IMG/VR virus record: IMGVR_UViG_3300042348_000780 | Source of the DNA: a virus | Strand: one strand, 5' to 3' | Length of the DNA: 64,000 nucleotides | Shown: positions 1 to 11,246 of the stretch, piece after piece | How the letters are laid out: each line of letters opens with the position of its first letter | Position numbering within the stretch: position 1 is the first letter of the stretch | Translations under genes and position numbers: made by a program | The notes under the pieces: model-generated | The model's database searches: none | Told to the model about the DNA's origin: nothing | What the model saw: only the letters and a program-made list of their open reading frames with translations

Positions 1-2
1 AC

Positions 3-266
3 TATGCCCCATATCGTCTTAACATAACATACGGTTCTTTGGGAACCATAAATGGATATACTTTCTATGGAATAACTTCATGTATAGGTTGTTGTGGAGC
101 TAGTTACTCTGGATTTACTGGTCCTACACATCGATTCCCAAATTGGAATCAGCTAATCACCGAAGATACCTTTGGTAATATAAATATACAAGATTTTATT
201 ATTTTATGTTATTCTGACGGTCTTACTAGCCCAAACGAAAATCTATCCTGTACTGGTTGCAACTAA
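3..266 (+). CDS. C-terminal part of a baseplate wedge protein (gp7-like position), truncated by the window start
   Basis: Frame is open from position 3 (YAPYRLNITYGSLGTING...). Its TAA overlaps the ATG of the gp8-like gene, and it lies just upstream of gp8. Confidence 0.55.
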   Translation, partial: YAPYRLNITYGSLGTINGYTFYGITSCIGCCGASYSGFTGPTHRFPNWNQLITEDTFGNINIQDFIILCYSDGLTSPNENLSCTGCN

Positions 267-2056
267 TGTTAAAAAAATCTAAAGATATTCAGTCATATAT
301 TTCATCTATAGGAAAAACCGAACATTTACATGTTTTTGTCGGTCAATCAGATAGTGTTGCTGATGATACTTCTACAATATCTTCTATAGATTTGTGGAGA
401 GATATGGCATTTAGTAAGAAAGTTAGTAAGGCTGACGTTATAGGTGTTATTAATAACAATCCCTGGTCATCTGGAAATATTTACTATCCTTGGAAATCAA
501 ACAAACAAAATACAAATTCATATTATGCATGGAATAAAGAAAATGGAAATGTTTATCTTTGTATTCAAAATAATGCATATAATAGAATAGATCGTGAAGG
601 ACAAAATGCTTCAACATATATTCCAAATCACAGTTATGGAATACAATCATATCCAGATGGTTATTCCTGGCTACCGATTTACAGAATAACAGGTGATTTG
701 CTAAGATTTGTTAAGACTGAATGGATTCCTGTTATATCATTTGAAACTTTTGAAGAACAAACATTTTCTACAGAATATACTGCACAGACTGAATTTTGTT
801 CAAACAATATAACAGCAACTGGATCGTGTGCTTTATATTTTAAAGATAATAATCAATTACCAATATCTGGTATAAGTTTTGAAAATTATTCTAAAGGAGA
901 TTTATATACCTCCTTTATTAGTGATTGTTCTGAGTGTTATACACTTTTTACAGATAATCCTAAGTTTTACAATAAATTCTATCCAACTGGTACTAGTGTA
1001 AATTCAACTTATACAATTGAAGATAAGTTTGATTTGATTGGAAGATTGATTTCAGAAAATAAACTACCAGCTTCATCTCCATATTATGCATTATATGAAA
1101 TAGCAAACAATGGGCCAGATGATGGTTCTCTTATTTCTGCACAGTTAGATTTATCAGGAATAACTGGTGATGATTTAGTTGTTAGTATACAAAATCCTCA
1201 AATTACTATTACATCAGCAACTGGATCAGGAGCATCAATGAGATTCCTGACCTACACAAATATTGATGGAAAATATATTGTAGAAGGTGTAGAAGTTCAA
1301 TCAGGTGGAACCAATTACAGAGATATTAGTTTGAGTATATCTAATTCAATATTTACAAATACTAACATTGTTGATATTTTATTATCATCAATTAATGTTA
1401 ATTTTGATAATATTGATGGATTAAACATAGATCCATATGATGTATTGAATTGTAATAATGTTATGGTAGATACAAGAATAGATACAAATGAATTATATTC
1501 GAGTGCTGTAGCATTGCCAGAAACTATAAATTTATTTGGTTTAGTATCTAATCCTTTAGAAGAATTACCAAATGGTGATCTTGTTATTGCTGGAGCTGAA
1601 TTATCTCCATATAACAGTAAAGTAAAATCAGGTGGTTCTGTGGTTTCTGTTTATTATCCTGGTGACGAAACACTTGGAAATCCCACAACTATTCCAAGTA
1701 AAGGTAAAGGGTCTGCAAATTCTATTATATCTGGTGTAAATAAAAATACAAATACAGCCAGAATTTTACAGAATGTATCAAATGATCCACTTTATGTTTT
1801 TGATTATCCACAGTTACCTTACGAGTCTATAGTCACTGTTAGTGGAATAGATTATTCTAACTTGTCTTCTTTATCTGAAATTACAGATTCAAGTGACAAT
1901 GAATTCATTGTAAGTACCGTGATTTCATCACCATCATTCAAACAATATTCTGGTAAAGTATTACAAACAAAAAGAACTTCAAGAGATCTAAAGTTAACAA
2001 CAACATCTGGTACATTATCCAGAATAATAAGAATAAATATGATTAAGGGATTATAA
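266..2056 (+). CDS. gp8: Baseplate wedge subunit, T4 gp8-like
   Basis: Motifs WSSGNIYYPW, GNVYLCIQNN and DGYSWLPIY match the gp8 pattern (W..G..Y / VYKC..N / DGY.W.Y). TAATG coupling places the start at 266. Confidence 0.75.
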   Translation: MLKKSKDIQSYISSIGKTEHLHVFVGQSDSVADDTSTISSIDLWRDMAFSKKVSKADVIGVINNNPWSSGNIYYPWKSNKQNTNSYYAWNKENGNVYLCIQNNAYNRIDREGQNASTYIPNHSYGIQSYPDGYSWLPIYRITGDLLRFVKTEWIPVISFETFEEQTFSTEYTAQTEFCSNNITATGSCALYFKDNNQLPISGISFENYSKGDLYTSFISDCSECYTLFTDNPKFYNKFYPTGTSVNSTYTIEDKFDLIGRLISENKLPASSPYYALYEIANNGPDDGSLISAQLDLSGITGDDLVVSIQNPQITITSATGSGASMRFLTYTNIDGKYIVEGVEVQSGGTNYRDISLSISNSIFTNTNIVDILLSSINVNFDNIDGLNIDPYDVLNCNNVMVDTRIDTNELYSSAVALPETINLFGLVSNPLEELPNGDLVIAGAELSPYNSKVKSGGSVVSVYYPGDETLGNPTTIPSKGKGSANSIISGVNKNTNTARILQNVSNDPLYVFDYPQLPYESIVTVSGIDYSNLSSLSEITDSSDNEFIVSTVISSPSFKQYSGKVLQTKRTSRDLKLTTTSGTLSRIIRINMIKGL

Positions 2057-2706
2057 TGGCTAACGAAATATTTGGAGATATTACAAATCCATCATCCTTG
2101 AGTAGAAAACCATTCTACTCAAGATTTACTTCTTTTGAAACCACAGAAGATAATTATATATTGATCGGATTCACACCTGGGTTAGCATTACAAGCCGCTG
2201 AATTAAATGAAATTCAAGATATTTATCACAAAATAGATAAATTAAGTAATACTATGATGTCTAATTGGACATTATATGCATTACAAAATATTGCAGATAT
2301 ATCAGATTTCACTGGAATAATATGGGATGGAACAATTCCATTATCACCAGATATGATCACAGTATCTGGTGATTTTATAACATTTTCATCTGGATGGTAT
2401 TACTATAATCATTCAAGTGGTCTGAATCATTGGGTATATCTTACAGAAGATATTATCTATGATTCATCTTTAGATGCAGCAAGTGGTTTTATAGGTTTCA
2501 GTATATCAACATTAGATGTATTTTCCTCTTCAGATGATCGTTTATATGATAACTCTTCTGGAAGTGTTAACACTAATAGTCCTGGTGCATATAGAGTAAA
2601 TCATAATATAACAGGTGCTAATTTTAATACTAATGCCAATAATACAAAAGTAATAATAAGAAAAACAAATAATGTTTATACTTATTTTAATGGAATGCCA
2701 ATTTAA
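2056..2706 (+). CDS. Short virion/baseplate protein with a DUF4815-type N-terminal motif
   Basis: FTPGLALQAAELNEIQ resembles the F.PG..VQARELT.LQ motif that opens the large structural protein following gp8 in T4-like phages. Confidence 0.6.
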   Translation: MANEIFGDITNPSSLSRKPFYSRFTSFETTEDNYILIGFTPGLALQAAELNEIQDIYHKIDKLSNTMMSNWTLYALQNIADISDFTGIIWDGTIPLSPDMITVSGDFITFSSGWYYYNHSSGLNHWVYLTEDIIYDSSLDAASGFIGFSISTLDVFSSSDDRLYDNSSGSVNTNSPGAYRVNHNITGANFNTNANNTKVIIRKTNNVYTYFNGMPI

Positions 2707-2718
2707 TAAAGGTTAAAG

Positions 2719-5037
2719 ATGCCAGTTACAAATAACACATATACTATTTCTACATTAGGAGCTACGGCTACTTTTTATGATTGGTTTAATAAAGAAAATA
2801 ATGATATTATTGCTAAATTAAACTTACTTAAGGTATATGGAGCCACAAGTGGTGATGGCATTTTAGCATCAACAAATACTAGTGGTCAATTATCACTATC
2901 AATAGGTGGTACATCTGGAATAATTCAAGCTCCTTTAACATTTAATAACACAATTACTTTTAATAGTAATGTAAATATTCCAAATATTAATATTCAGACA
3001 ACTGGTATTACATCTGGAACTTCTGGTTATACATTTGGTACACCAGTTAGAATTTACTTAGACTCAATAACACAGGCATTAGGTTTAACAGCATCAAGAG
3101 CAAATACTCCAGAAAATGCTGAAATATTAGGATTATTATCTTCAAGAGGAATCACATCATCAACTATAACCATTGCTGGTAAAATTACTGGAGATTTTTC
3201 TGGAATTTATGGTAAAGGTCTTAGTGCTGGTTGCATCTATTTTTTAGATAGCATAAATGCTGGAAAAATTGATGATGATGAACCACAAACTACTGGTACT
3301 GTTTCTAAACCAATAGTGATGGGTTTAACTCTAAATGAAGGTATAGTTTTAAGTTATCGTGGTAATTATTTAAATTACGATCTCACAAGTTATGGTTCTT
3401 CTGGCTCAAATCAAATAGTATTTTCTCTTAATACTGCACTTTATTCATCAGCAAACTCAGAAATATTGCTTGGTGATGTGTTGTCATTTTCTCCGTCTTA
3501 TGCAACTTCAATAAATGATGTCGATGCTTTAGGTAATAGAAAAAATTATGGAGGTTGGTTCCATAGTAGAGCTGGAAATGATGAAGAAGTTTATATTGTT
3601 GGTGTTGTGATTGAAAAATTTATAGTTGGTTCAAATCTTTATATTACTTTACAATTATCTGGATATACATCAGTATTACCTGGTGTTGGTGGTTCATATT
3701 TAAATGATGAGTTTGATCTTTCAGATAGGTCTGATAATCCTCAATTAATTTCAGCCACGACAAGACCAGGTACTCTTCCTCTTATTGCTATTAATTATGA
3801 TGTATCATCTGGTTATTCAGTAATTGATATACAAAAACCTTATACTACTTCATCAACAACTGATCTTCGTTCTACCTCTCTTCGTTCTACCTCATCGTCA
3901 TCAGCAGGAACTCCAAATGTTCTTATAAATGGTAATTTTGAAGTATGGCAGAGATCAAATATTGGTAGAGATGTGCCTTATACATCAACTGGGAATGTTA
4001 TATTTGCTGATCTATGGAGAAGACACGATGGTGTCACTGGTGGAGATAGTTTCAAGAACTTTTATATAACTAGACAATCATTTAGTGATTATCAGACAGA
4101 AATAGAAGGAAGTCCAAATTATTATGTCGATATAAAGGCTTTAGGTTCATCAGCAGCATCTTATGCTGGAATCACTACTGCTAGTTACCCTGGATATACT
4201 TTCTTCGATCATATGATGGTTGGTCATGTTATTCCAGATGCAAAAGCAGTCGATAAGAAAAATGTAACAGTTAGTTTCTATGCTAAGACATCACATTCAA
4301 ATTATAATACTGCTATAGTATATCTCTCAAGATATAATGGAACTTCTTTGTTAGATTATAAAGTATTGGGAACTGTAAATTTAACTACTAACTGGGCAAA
4401 ATATAATATAACAACTTATGTTGATGAAGTATCTTCGTCGGTTACACCATTGGCGAATGATTATTCTGAAATTGGACTTGATTTAATCCCTTTAATTACT
4501 CAAGCAAATGAAGCATCTGAATCAATTTCAACAAATGTTTATGTATCTTTAGCTTCATTCAATGCTTCATATGGAACATCATCTATATCTAATCATCATT
4601 TTATTCCATATGGCCAACAATTAGATTATTGCCAACAATATTATTATACAACATATGCAAGGGAAGAAAGAATAGGAACACCAACATTAGTTTCAAGATT
4701 CATAACATCAGAAACTACTCCATATCTTGTAACTCTTCCAAATTATTCATCAGTTGTTCATGAATTACCAATTCACATGAGAACAACACCTACTATAACA
4801 TTATACTCACCATACAGTGGATCTTCAAATGAAGCATATAATCAAACAGAGACAAGAGAATTAAGGTCCACAAATGGTACTGTTGGATATGCTGGAGGAA
4901 TACGAAGTGCATCTGGTGGTATAGCAATAAATGCCACACCAAGAATAAATACTATTAAAATAAATGTGAGTGAAGGATATACTTCATACGATCAAATTTA
5001 TTACCATTTCATTGCTGATGCTGACTATCCAATTTAA
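2719..5037 (+). CDS. Tail/baseplate fibre-like structural protein with a C-terminal carbohydrate-binding-like domain
   Basis: TFYDWFNKEN at the N-terminus. NVLINGNFEVWQR...ADLW and QLDYCQQYY are typical phage fibre-domain motifs. Gly/Ser/Thr-rich. Confidence 0.6.
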   Translation: MPVTNNTYTISTLGATATFYDWFNKENNDIIAKLNLLKVYGATSGDGILASTNTSGQLSLSIGGTSGIIQAPLTFNNTITFNSNVNIPNINIQTTGITSGTSGYTFGTPVRIYLDSITQALGLTASRANTPENAEILGLLSSRGITSSTITIAGKITGDFSGIYGKGLSAGCIYFLDSINAGKIDDDEPQTTGTVSKPIVMGLTLNEGIVLSYRGNYLNYDLTSYGSSGSNQIVFSLNTALYSSANSEILLGDVLSFSPSYATSINDVDALGNRKNYGGWFHSRAGNDEEVYIVGVVIEKFIVGSNLYITLQLSGYTSVLPGVGGSYLNDEFDLSDRSDNPQLISATTRPGTLPLIAINYDVSSGYSVIDIQKPYTTSSTTDLRSTSLRSTSSSSAGTPNVLINGNFEVWQRSNIGRDVPYTSTGNVIFADLWRRHDGVTGGDSFKNFYITRQSFSDYQTEIEGSPNYYVDIKALGSSAASYAGITTASYPGYTFFDHMMVGHVIPDAKAVDKKNVTVSFYAKTSHSNYNTAIVYLSRYNGTSLLDYKVLGTVNLTTNWAKYNITTYVDEVSSSVTPLANDYSEIGLDLIPLITQANEASESISTNVYVSLASFNASYGTSSISNHHFIPYGQQLDYCQQYYYTTYAREERIGTPTLVSRFITSETTPYLVTLPNYSSVVHELPIHMRTTPTITLYSPYSGSSNEAYNQTETRELRSTNGTVGYAGGIRSASGGIAINATPRINTIKINVSEGYTSYDQIYYHFIADADYPI
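3864..3893 (+). repeat. Perfect 15-bp tandem duplication (tcttcgttctacctc x2) in a Ser/Thr linker
   Basis: Read directly; encodes LRSTS-LRSTS. Confidence 0.85.
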
Positions 5038-5047
5038 GGAATAACAT

Positions 5048-5524
5048 ATGGCTACATCAATTAGTTCAAATATACGAGCAGCAAATACAGTAGTAAATTT
5101 ATCATCTGAGGGTGGTAATAGATTGATGGTACAGATAGGATCTGCACAAATTGCACCTCCAGGCTTATCTGCTGGTGATGCAATATTTTATAGTATATCA
5201 TCATCAAAGTATCAGAGATCAAAAGCAGATTCACCAAATACTGCTGAAGTTTTCGGAATAGTAGAAAGTGTTGATATTTCTGGAAATGCGAATGTTGTAT
5301 TGTATGGATCAATCGGTTTAACTGGATATATTAATATTGATGATGGTGGTGAAGGTGGTCATGATATTTACTTCCTTAGCGATTTAACTGCTGGAAAATT
5401 ACAGTCATTGGCTCCAACCAATCAAAATCATATTGTAAAACCAGTATATCAAGTAGCACCACACGGTAATTTTACAGGAACAGTAGTAAACTACATTGGT
5501 TATAAAGTACCAGTAAGTGAATAA
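5048..5524 (+). CDS. Small structural protein paralogous to an internal domain of the upstream gene
   Basis: SKADSPNTAEVFGIV / YFLSDLTAGKL / IVKPV / NYIG parallel SRANTPENAEILGL / YFLDSINAGKI / VSKPI / SYRG in 2719..5037. Confidence 0.65.
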   Translation: MATSISSNIRAANTVVNLSSEGGNRLMVQIGSAQIAPPGLSAGDAIFYSISSSKYQRSKADSPNTAEVFGIVESVDISGNANVVLYGSIGLTGYINIDDGGEGGHDIYFLSDLTAGKLQSLAPTNQNHIVKPVYQVAPHGNFTGTVVNYIGYKVPVSE

Positions 5525-5526
5525 TT

Positions 5527-8241
5527 ATGGGAAGTACTGGAAGCAGTTATGTTTATTCTTTAGAAATCGAATCCTATAGATCAGGATTAACTGGTATTAC
5601 AGGTAATACTGGTGCTACTGGTTCAATTGGAGCAACTGGTAATAGTATTATTGGACCTACAGGAAACACTGGAGGCAATTTAGTAAATATTACTATTGCA
5701 GAAGATAAAACATTTGTTTTTCATTATAGTGATGGAAAAACTATTTCTTCCATTGCACGTATTATTGGTGCTAATGGTTATTCAAAAATAAAATTACTTG
5801 GTGTAAGTCTTTTTAATTTTAGTCCATTAAATAATTCATTAACAAATCAAACGTATGATTCTCAATTTCCTGTTGATATATTAACATTTAAAGGTATATC
5901 ATCAGCGAGTTCTCCATACGTAAGAGTAAATTATATCAATAATAACACAATTCGTGTTGATTTTGATGCAATCAATATTGGATTTATTGGTATAAGTGGT
6001 GGAACTTTAGGAAATATTTTACAAAATCTTCCAGGACAAAAACAGGCTGGAATTACTTCTACCAAATATAATGAAGATGAAGCATCTATATTAATACAAC
6101 ATAAAAATATACATGAAAGTCTTGTAATTTGCAAACCCAATGTTGTAAGTTCATCATTAGTTTATTGGAAAATAGATCCATCACAAGGATCTATATTTCA
6201 CATCAATCCATATACAAATACTTTAAATACAAATAATGAAATAAATGGATATGTGTTCTTTATAAAAGAACCACAATATGGTACTTTATCTAAAGGTATC
6301 ACAATTCAATTTCCAAATACATTTACATTAAATTCAAATAAAATATATTATGTAATTTATGATAATGATGCTGATATTGATTCTGGAATTACATTAGGTG
6401 ATAATTTCTATAATAGATTTGATGTTGCTGGTATAGAATGGCAAAATAATTCATATTTTTGCCCAGATTCATCATTTAATGCTCTCAATCTAATTTCAAT
6501 TGGTGGAAGATATCTTGCATATCCTGTACAATATCAACAAAATAGTGCAAGTTCAAATACTTCTATTGATTCAGAAAGTTTAAGTGTAACATGCTACCCA
6601 TATTCAGAAAGATTGCCATCACAAGAATTTTTTACTGGTGGTTTATGCTGTCCAGGCAATTGTACTTCTTCCGCTTATGAAAGCATAAGTGGTGGGTGTA
6701 CTGGCTATTTCATTCCAACAAAAAGAATATCAAATTCATCATTGTGTACTAGAAAAGGTAGTTGTTGTATTAAAACAGCAGAAAATACCTTTACACCAAG
6801 TGAATTAACTTATTGTGAATGTGCTACTAGTGCTGGAGAGAATGAATTTATTTTTCACCCATTTGAGGGGCTAAAGAGTACATTAGAATGGTTTTTATGT
6901 GATGATACATGTTTTCGTAATGTTCCATCAGGTTCTTGTTGTGATGGACTTGGTAACTGTTTAGATTCTAGTATTATTACTTGCAATGAACTAGGTCACT
7001 TTTTTCAAGGCATTGGTGTTAAATGTAAACCTAATAATGCCTCGCAATTAAACATATGTTCTGGTGGTAGTGGTGGATGTTGTGATTCTGGTATGACTTG
7101 TGTTAATGGATATACAGGATCACAGTGTATTTCTGAAAGTAAATCATATCTAGGTGATCAAAAATATTGTCAATCATTTAATTGTTCACCAGATTCTATT
7201 GCATGTTCACAGACTATTCCAGGTATATCAGAATTAAAACAGGGTGATGAATATGCTGGAGGTATTGTTGTTGGAATATTTGATTTGAATACTTCTAAAA
7301 TTTTCGGTAATGATATTTTTAATGATATTAGTGCAGTTTCTAATTTCTTTGACATTGATACTATAAATTCTGATAGATCTTCAGTGCCTTTTACTATTAA
7401 ATACGATTTTAATGGATATGGTTTTGATAAATCTTTTGCATCTAGAACTTCTAGAGAAGATAAGTTTATATTAATTATTTCTAAACAAGATTTAGAATAT
7501 CGAAATACTTCACATTTCATTTGGTCTAAAAATCAAATTGCTTGGGGATATATATACAATCCAATAACAAATAATATAGAAGAGATCACATCAAAATCTG
7601 TATTTAATTTAGGTGAAGGTGTTGTATCTTTGACAAGTTTATCAAGCAATACCTTTGCATTACCAACTATAAGAACTAGTGGTAGTTCTTTACAATGGCT
7701 TTTCGATCAATCATCTTCTGGATATACTGGTAAATGGAGAAGAAATTATGGTTTATATAATACTCATAGACTATTGACATCTAAGCTGTTATATAATGAA
7801 GATATATCATTAACTACTCCAACAATCTACCAGGCAATTAAACAATACAATATTGACAATCCTCCTACAACAGAAAGAGAATCAAGTTGGTTTATTCCAT
7901 CACACGATGAACTTGGTTTTATTTCATATCTAACACAGCAGACAACAGATTTTAATATAAATGTTTCATTACTGTTGTCTGGTTATGATCAATTAAATGG
8001 AATTTACTGGACATCAACTGGAGCACACACCACAGCAGATGCACAAGCATCCTCTACTAAAGGATCAAATGCTTGGATTCATAATATTGATGCAGAAAAT
8101 CCAGAAAACAATTATTCTATAACTGCGAATAGAATAGAAAATACATATAAAGTTAGGCCAATTAAATTAATAAGATGTGATGGATCGTATCCTTCAGTAA
8201 GTGATGAAACATACAAACTATGGCGTTTGCCATTAATCTAA
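5527..8241 (+). CDS. Tail appendage protein: short collagen-like N-terminus, GxCC Cys-rich repeats, C-terminal DUF1566/Lcl-like (C-type lectin-fold) domain
   Basis: GLTGITGNTGATG; GSCC/GGCC repeats; WFIPSHDEL...YWTST...VRPIK. Confidence 0.65.
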   Translation: MGSTGSSYVYSLEIESYRSGLTGITGNTGATGSIGATGNSIIGPTGNTGGNLVNITIAEDKTFVFHYSDGKTISSIARIIGANGYSKIKLLGVSLFNFSPLNNSLTNQTYDSQFPVDILTFKGISSASSPYVRVNYINNNTIRVDFDAINIGFIGISGGTLGNILQNLPGQKQAGITSTKYNEDEASILIQHKNIHESLVICKPNVVSSSLVYWKIDPSQGSIFHINPYTNTLNTNNEINGYVFFIKEPQYGTLSKGITIQFPNTFTLNSNKIYYVIYDNDADIDSGITLGDNFYNRFDVAGIEWQNNSYFCPDSSFNALNLISIGGRYLAYPVQYQQNSASSNTSIDSESLSVTCYPYSERLPSQEFFTGGLCCPGNCTSSAYESISGGCTGYFIPTKRISNSSLCTRKGSCCIKTAENTFTPSELTYCECATSAGENEFIFHPFEGLKSTLEWFLCDDTCFRNVPSGSCCDGLGNCLDSSIITCNELGHFFQGIGVKCKPNNASQLNICSGGSGGCCDSGMTCVNGYTGSQCISESKSYLGDQKYCQSFNCSPDSIACSQTIPGISELKQGDEYAGGIVVGIFDLNTSKIFGNDIFNDISAVSNFFDIDTINSDRSSVPFTIKYDFNGYGFDKSFASRTSREDKFILIISKQDLEYRNTSHFIWSKNQIAWGYIYNPITNNIEEITSKSVFNLGEGVVSLTSLSSNTFALPTIRTSGSSLQWLFDQSSSGYTGKWRRNYGLYNTHRLLTSKLLYNEDISLTTPTIYQAIKQYNIDNPPTTERESSWFIPSHDELGFISYLTQQTTDFNINVSLLLSGYDQLNGIYWTSTGAHTTADAQASSTKGSNAWIHNIDAENPENNYSITANRIENTYKVRPIKLIRCDGSYPSVSDETYKLWRLPLI

Positions 8242-8242
8242 C

Positions 8243-11230
8243 ATGACTATAGGAAGCTCATTTTTACCTTATATAAGCAATATTGTTGGTTCAACAGGTC
8301 CAACAGGTCCAACTGGTCCAACTGGTCCAACTGGAATTACTGGACCACTTATTGCTGGTCCAACTGGGGCATCTGGTTTAGGTATTACTGGCTTTACATA
8401 TATTTCTGGAAAAAATCTTACAATTTATATTGGAGGAACTGGTTCAGTTTCTTTAAATATACAAGGAAATACATCTGCTTATAGTAATGAATTTTCTATT
8501 TTAAAGGGAAATACTACAAATGGTATTTCTGTTATTGTTCATGAACCAGAAGATTTGAGAGATTTAAATATACAATTACTTACTGAAGGAGCCACATTAG
8601 CCCTTAAAGGTATAACATTTAAATCTTCTACAAATTCTTTTAGTTCAATTTCTGTAGATGTGAATAAAATATCAGTAGCTGGTAAAACATACACAGTTTA
8701 TCCTGTAGGCGACACTGGTAATATAGCATTTATATACAGTGCCACAAAAGCAAAAGGAGTTCCTAATAGTTATTGGGATAATGGTATTTCTATGTTGGAT
8801 TTACCATTAGCATCAGAGAGACACGCAATACACAATAATATAAATTATGGAAGTTCTATATCATTTACTCAAAATATAGTAGGATTTAGTGGTGCTACTG
8901 GTATTGCTGATACATTATTTAATTTTAATCCATCATATGCTATTAATCCAAACTTTTCTAGATATCAAGTAAATTTTGATGTATATAATAAGATTGAATT
9001 AAATCAAACATTGTATATTGGTTCAAGTGGTGCAAGTAATTTTAATATTTCATTTTTGAAAAACACATACAATCGTGGATATTCGTTTACTCCACAATTA
9101 ATAACCAGTGAAAATGTTGGATCTTGTTGTTTATGTGAATTAAATGAAACAGATTCTGACATAAAATGTCTTGATTATGTTAATAAAGAATATTGTTTGG
9201 CTATGGGTGGTAGTTTTAGAACTTCAGCTTGTTCTTCTAGACTAATAAATGGTGATTGTTTTTCCGAGGGAGCTTGTTGTGTTAATGGAAAGTGCGTAAA
9301 TACTTCCCAAGAATTATGTTTGAAATATGGTGGTATATTTAATCCACTTCAGGTATGTAATAATACAGAAGGTAGTGATGAATATTTTACATGCTTAACA
9401 TCATGTCCAAATGACGTAGTTACTGGAAAATGTTGTATTAATGGTAAATGCTTTGATAATTTTACAAATTTTGAATGTATTTCTATAGAAAATTCAACAT
9501 TCCATGCTGGTCAATCATGTCTGGGTGATTGTGATGCTACGTGCAAGGAAACATCAAAGGGTGGATGTTGTTTAGCAGATGGAAATATTATTGAAACCTT
9601 TGCAGACGAGTGTAATGGTGTATTTTTAGGACCAGGTGTATTTTCTGGTAGATGTTGTACATCTGAACTTAGTGTAGGTTATTTTTCATCAACAAATACA
9701 TCATGTAGAGCAACAATTAATATTCCATGTTTGGATATAGGAACAAAAGTAGCTGGTGGATATTTAGTTGGTATTGTTGGGCATCCATCTCCATGTAATA
9801 ATTTTTCCACACCATTATTGGCAAGAGGACAAGTTTTAGGTTGTAGATATTATCCAAGAGGCTTTGTAAATAATTCATCAAATTATAATTATAAAAATTG
9901 CTTTGGTGAATCAGGTATTACTTTTGGCACTGATGATTTGCCAGCTTCTAAATTAAATATTGATTATTTTATAAGAACATATCCTACAATTCTACCACAA
10001 GAAGCAAAAGAAAACCAGTGCTTATTTAAAGGTGGAATACCACATATAATTCAAACGTATGATGGATTTGTTAGATCAACTTCAACTTCAGAAGATGAAA
10101 TACAATGGCCATCATCAAGTATGTTTGAAGGTAATTCAAATGCATCTCAATTAGCATTCTCAAATCAAGATTTATCTGACGTTATGTTATTTGAGGGTCT
10201 TGGGTTAAATGGTTCATCTAAATATAAAAGATTAGCATATCAATTTTATGAATCTACTGGAATGCCTTTATTATGGGCATTAATAATCTCCCCAGATGAC
10301 ATTGAGATCAACGAAGGTGATAATTTATTAAAATGGGGTATGTCTGAGGGAAGAGTTAAGGGATTAAATAATTACAATCTTGAACCAATTAGCACATGCC
10401 CACTTGATGGTTTCATGACAACAAGAATGTTTGATGAAACATCAAAAGAAAACACATATTTTTGGTTTAGATCTATAAACTTAACGCCAGGACAAGTTGG
10501 AAATTCAAATAGTGATCAATATGCATTTGATCGTTTCTGTTTTTATGATGGTAGTATTTCTGGTAAAAAGAATTGGTCTGATACTGTAAATGAAACAACT
10601 ATTGAAAATGATATAACACAATTTGCAGTAAAATATGCAGAAATGTGGGATAGTAATAATCCAACAGATTCTTGTACAAAGCAGATATCTATTGTAAATC
10701 AAACAGGAATTAATGGATATACAGATTGGTATATTCCAAGCATTATTGAATTAAATTATATTTACGCAAATATGGTTGATTTAAATAATTCACTATTAAT
10801 TAATGGTGATAATCCATTAAATGATGAACTTAACTATTGGTCATCAACAAGTCTTTGTACCCTACATTCATGGAATAATAATAATCCTGATGATAAATCA
10901 TTTTATACAATATACGAAACACCAAATAATTCACATAATAGTAAATTTAGATTTACAAAATCGGATTTTAATTTAAATGAAAATGATTTATATAAATTAA
11001 GTATGAATACATGTGCTGGTGAAACAATGTTGGTGCAAAATTTCTCAGATGGATTTGTACAATCAAAACCAAGAAATACTAAATCTGCCGCGTTGCGTCC
11101 AGTAAGAAGAATACCAATCGTAAAAACAAATAATCCTTTATGTTATTGGATTTCTGAAGTTTATGAAAACCATGATTATGAATCTTGTCCTTCATGTCCC
11201 TCTGGTGCATCATATGGATGTGCTGAATAA
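8243..11230 (+). CDS. Tail appendage protein: collagen-like N-terminus, GxCC repeats, C-terminal DUF1566-like domain
   Basis: (GPT)n; GACCVNGKC, GKCCINGKC; GYTDWYIPSIIEL...YWSST...LRPVRR. Confidence 0.65.
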   Translation: MTIGSSFLPYISNIVGSTGPTGPTGPTGPTGITGPLIAGPTGASGLGITGFTYISGKNLTIYIGGTGSVSLNIQGNTSAYSNEFSILKGNTTNGISVIVHEPEDLRDLNIQLLTEGATLALKGITFKSSTNSFSSISVDVNKISVAGKTYTVYPVGDTGNIAFIYSATKAKGVPNSYWDNGISMLDLPLASERHAIHNNINYGSSISFTQNIVGFSGATGIADTLFNFNPSYAINPNFSRYQVNFDVYNKIELNQTLYIGSSGASNFNISFLKNTYNRGYSFTPQLITSENVGSCCLCELNETDSDIKCLDYVNKEYCLAMGGSFRTSACSSRLINGDCFSEGACCVNGKCVNTSQELCLKYGGIFNPLQVCNNTEGSDEYFTCLTSCPNDVVTGKCCINGKCFDNFTNFECISIENSTFHAGQSCLGDCDATCKETSKGGCCLADGNIIETFADECNGVFLGPGVFSGRCCTSELSVGYFSSTNTSCRATINIPCLDIGTKVAGGYLVGIVGHPSPCNNFSTPLLARGQVLGCRYYPRGFVNNSSNYNYKNCFGESGITFGTDDLPASKLNIDYFIRTYPTILPQEAKENQCLFKGGIPHIIQTYDGFVRSTSTSEDEIQWPSSSMFEGNSNASQLAFSNQDLSDVMLFEGLGLNGSSKYKRLAYQFYESTGMPLLWALIISPDDIEINEGDNLLKWGMSEGRVKGLNNYNLEPISTCPLDGFMTTRMFDETSKENTYFWFRSINLTPGQVGNSNSDQYAFDRFCFYDGSISGKKNWSDTVNETTIENDITQFAVKYAEMWDSNNPTDSCTKQISIVNQTGINGYTDWYIPSIIELNYIYANMVDLNNSLLINGDNPLNDELNYWSSTSLCTLHSWNNNNPDDKSFYTIYETPNNSHNSKFRFTKSDFNLNENDLYKLSMNTCAGETMLVQNFSDGFVQSKPRNTKSAALRPVRRIPIVKTNNPLCYWISEVYENHDYESCPSCPSGASYGCAE

Positions 11231-11246
11231 ATAAAATTGGAATATT

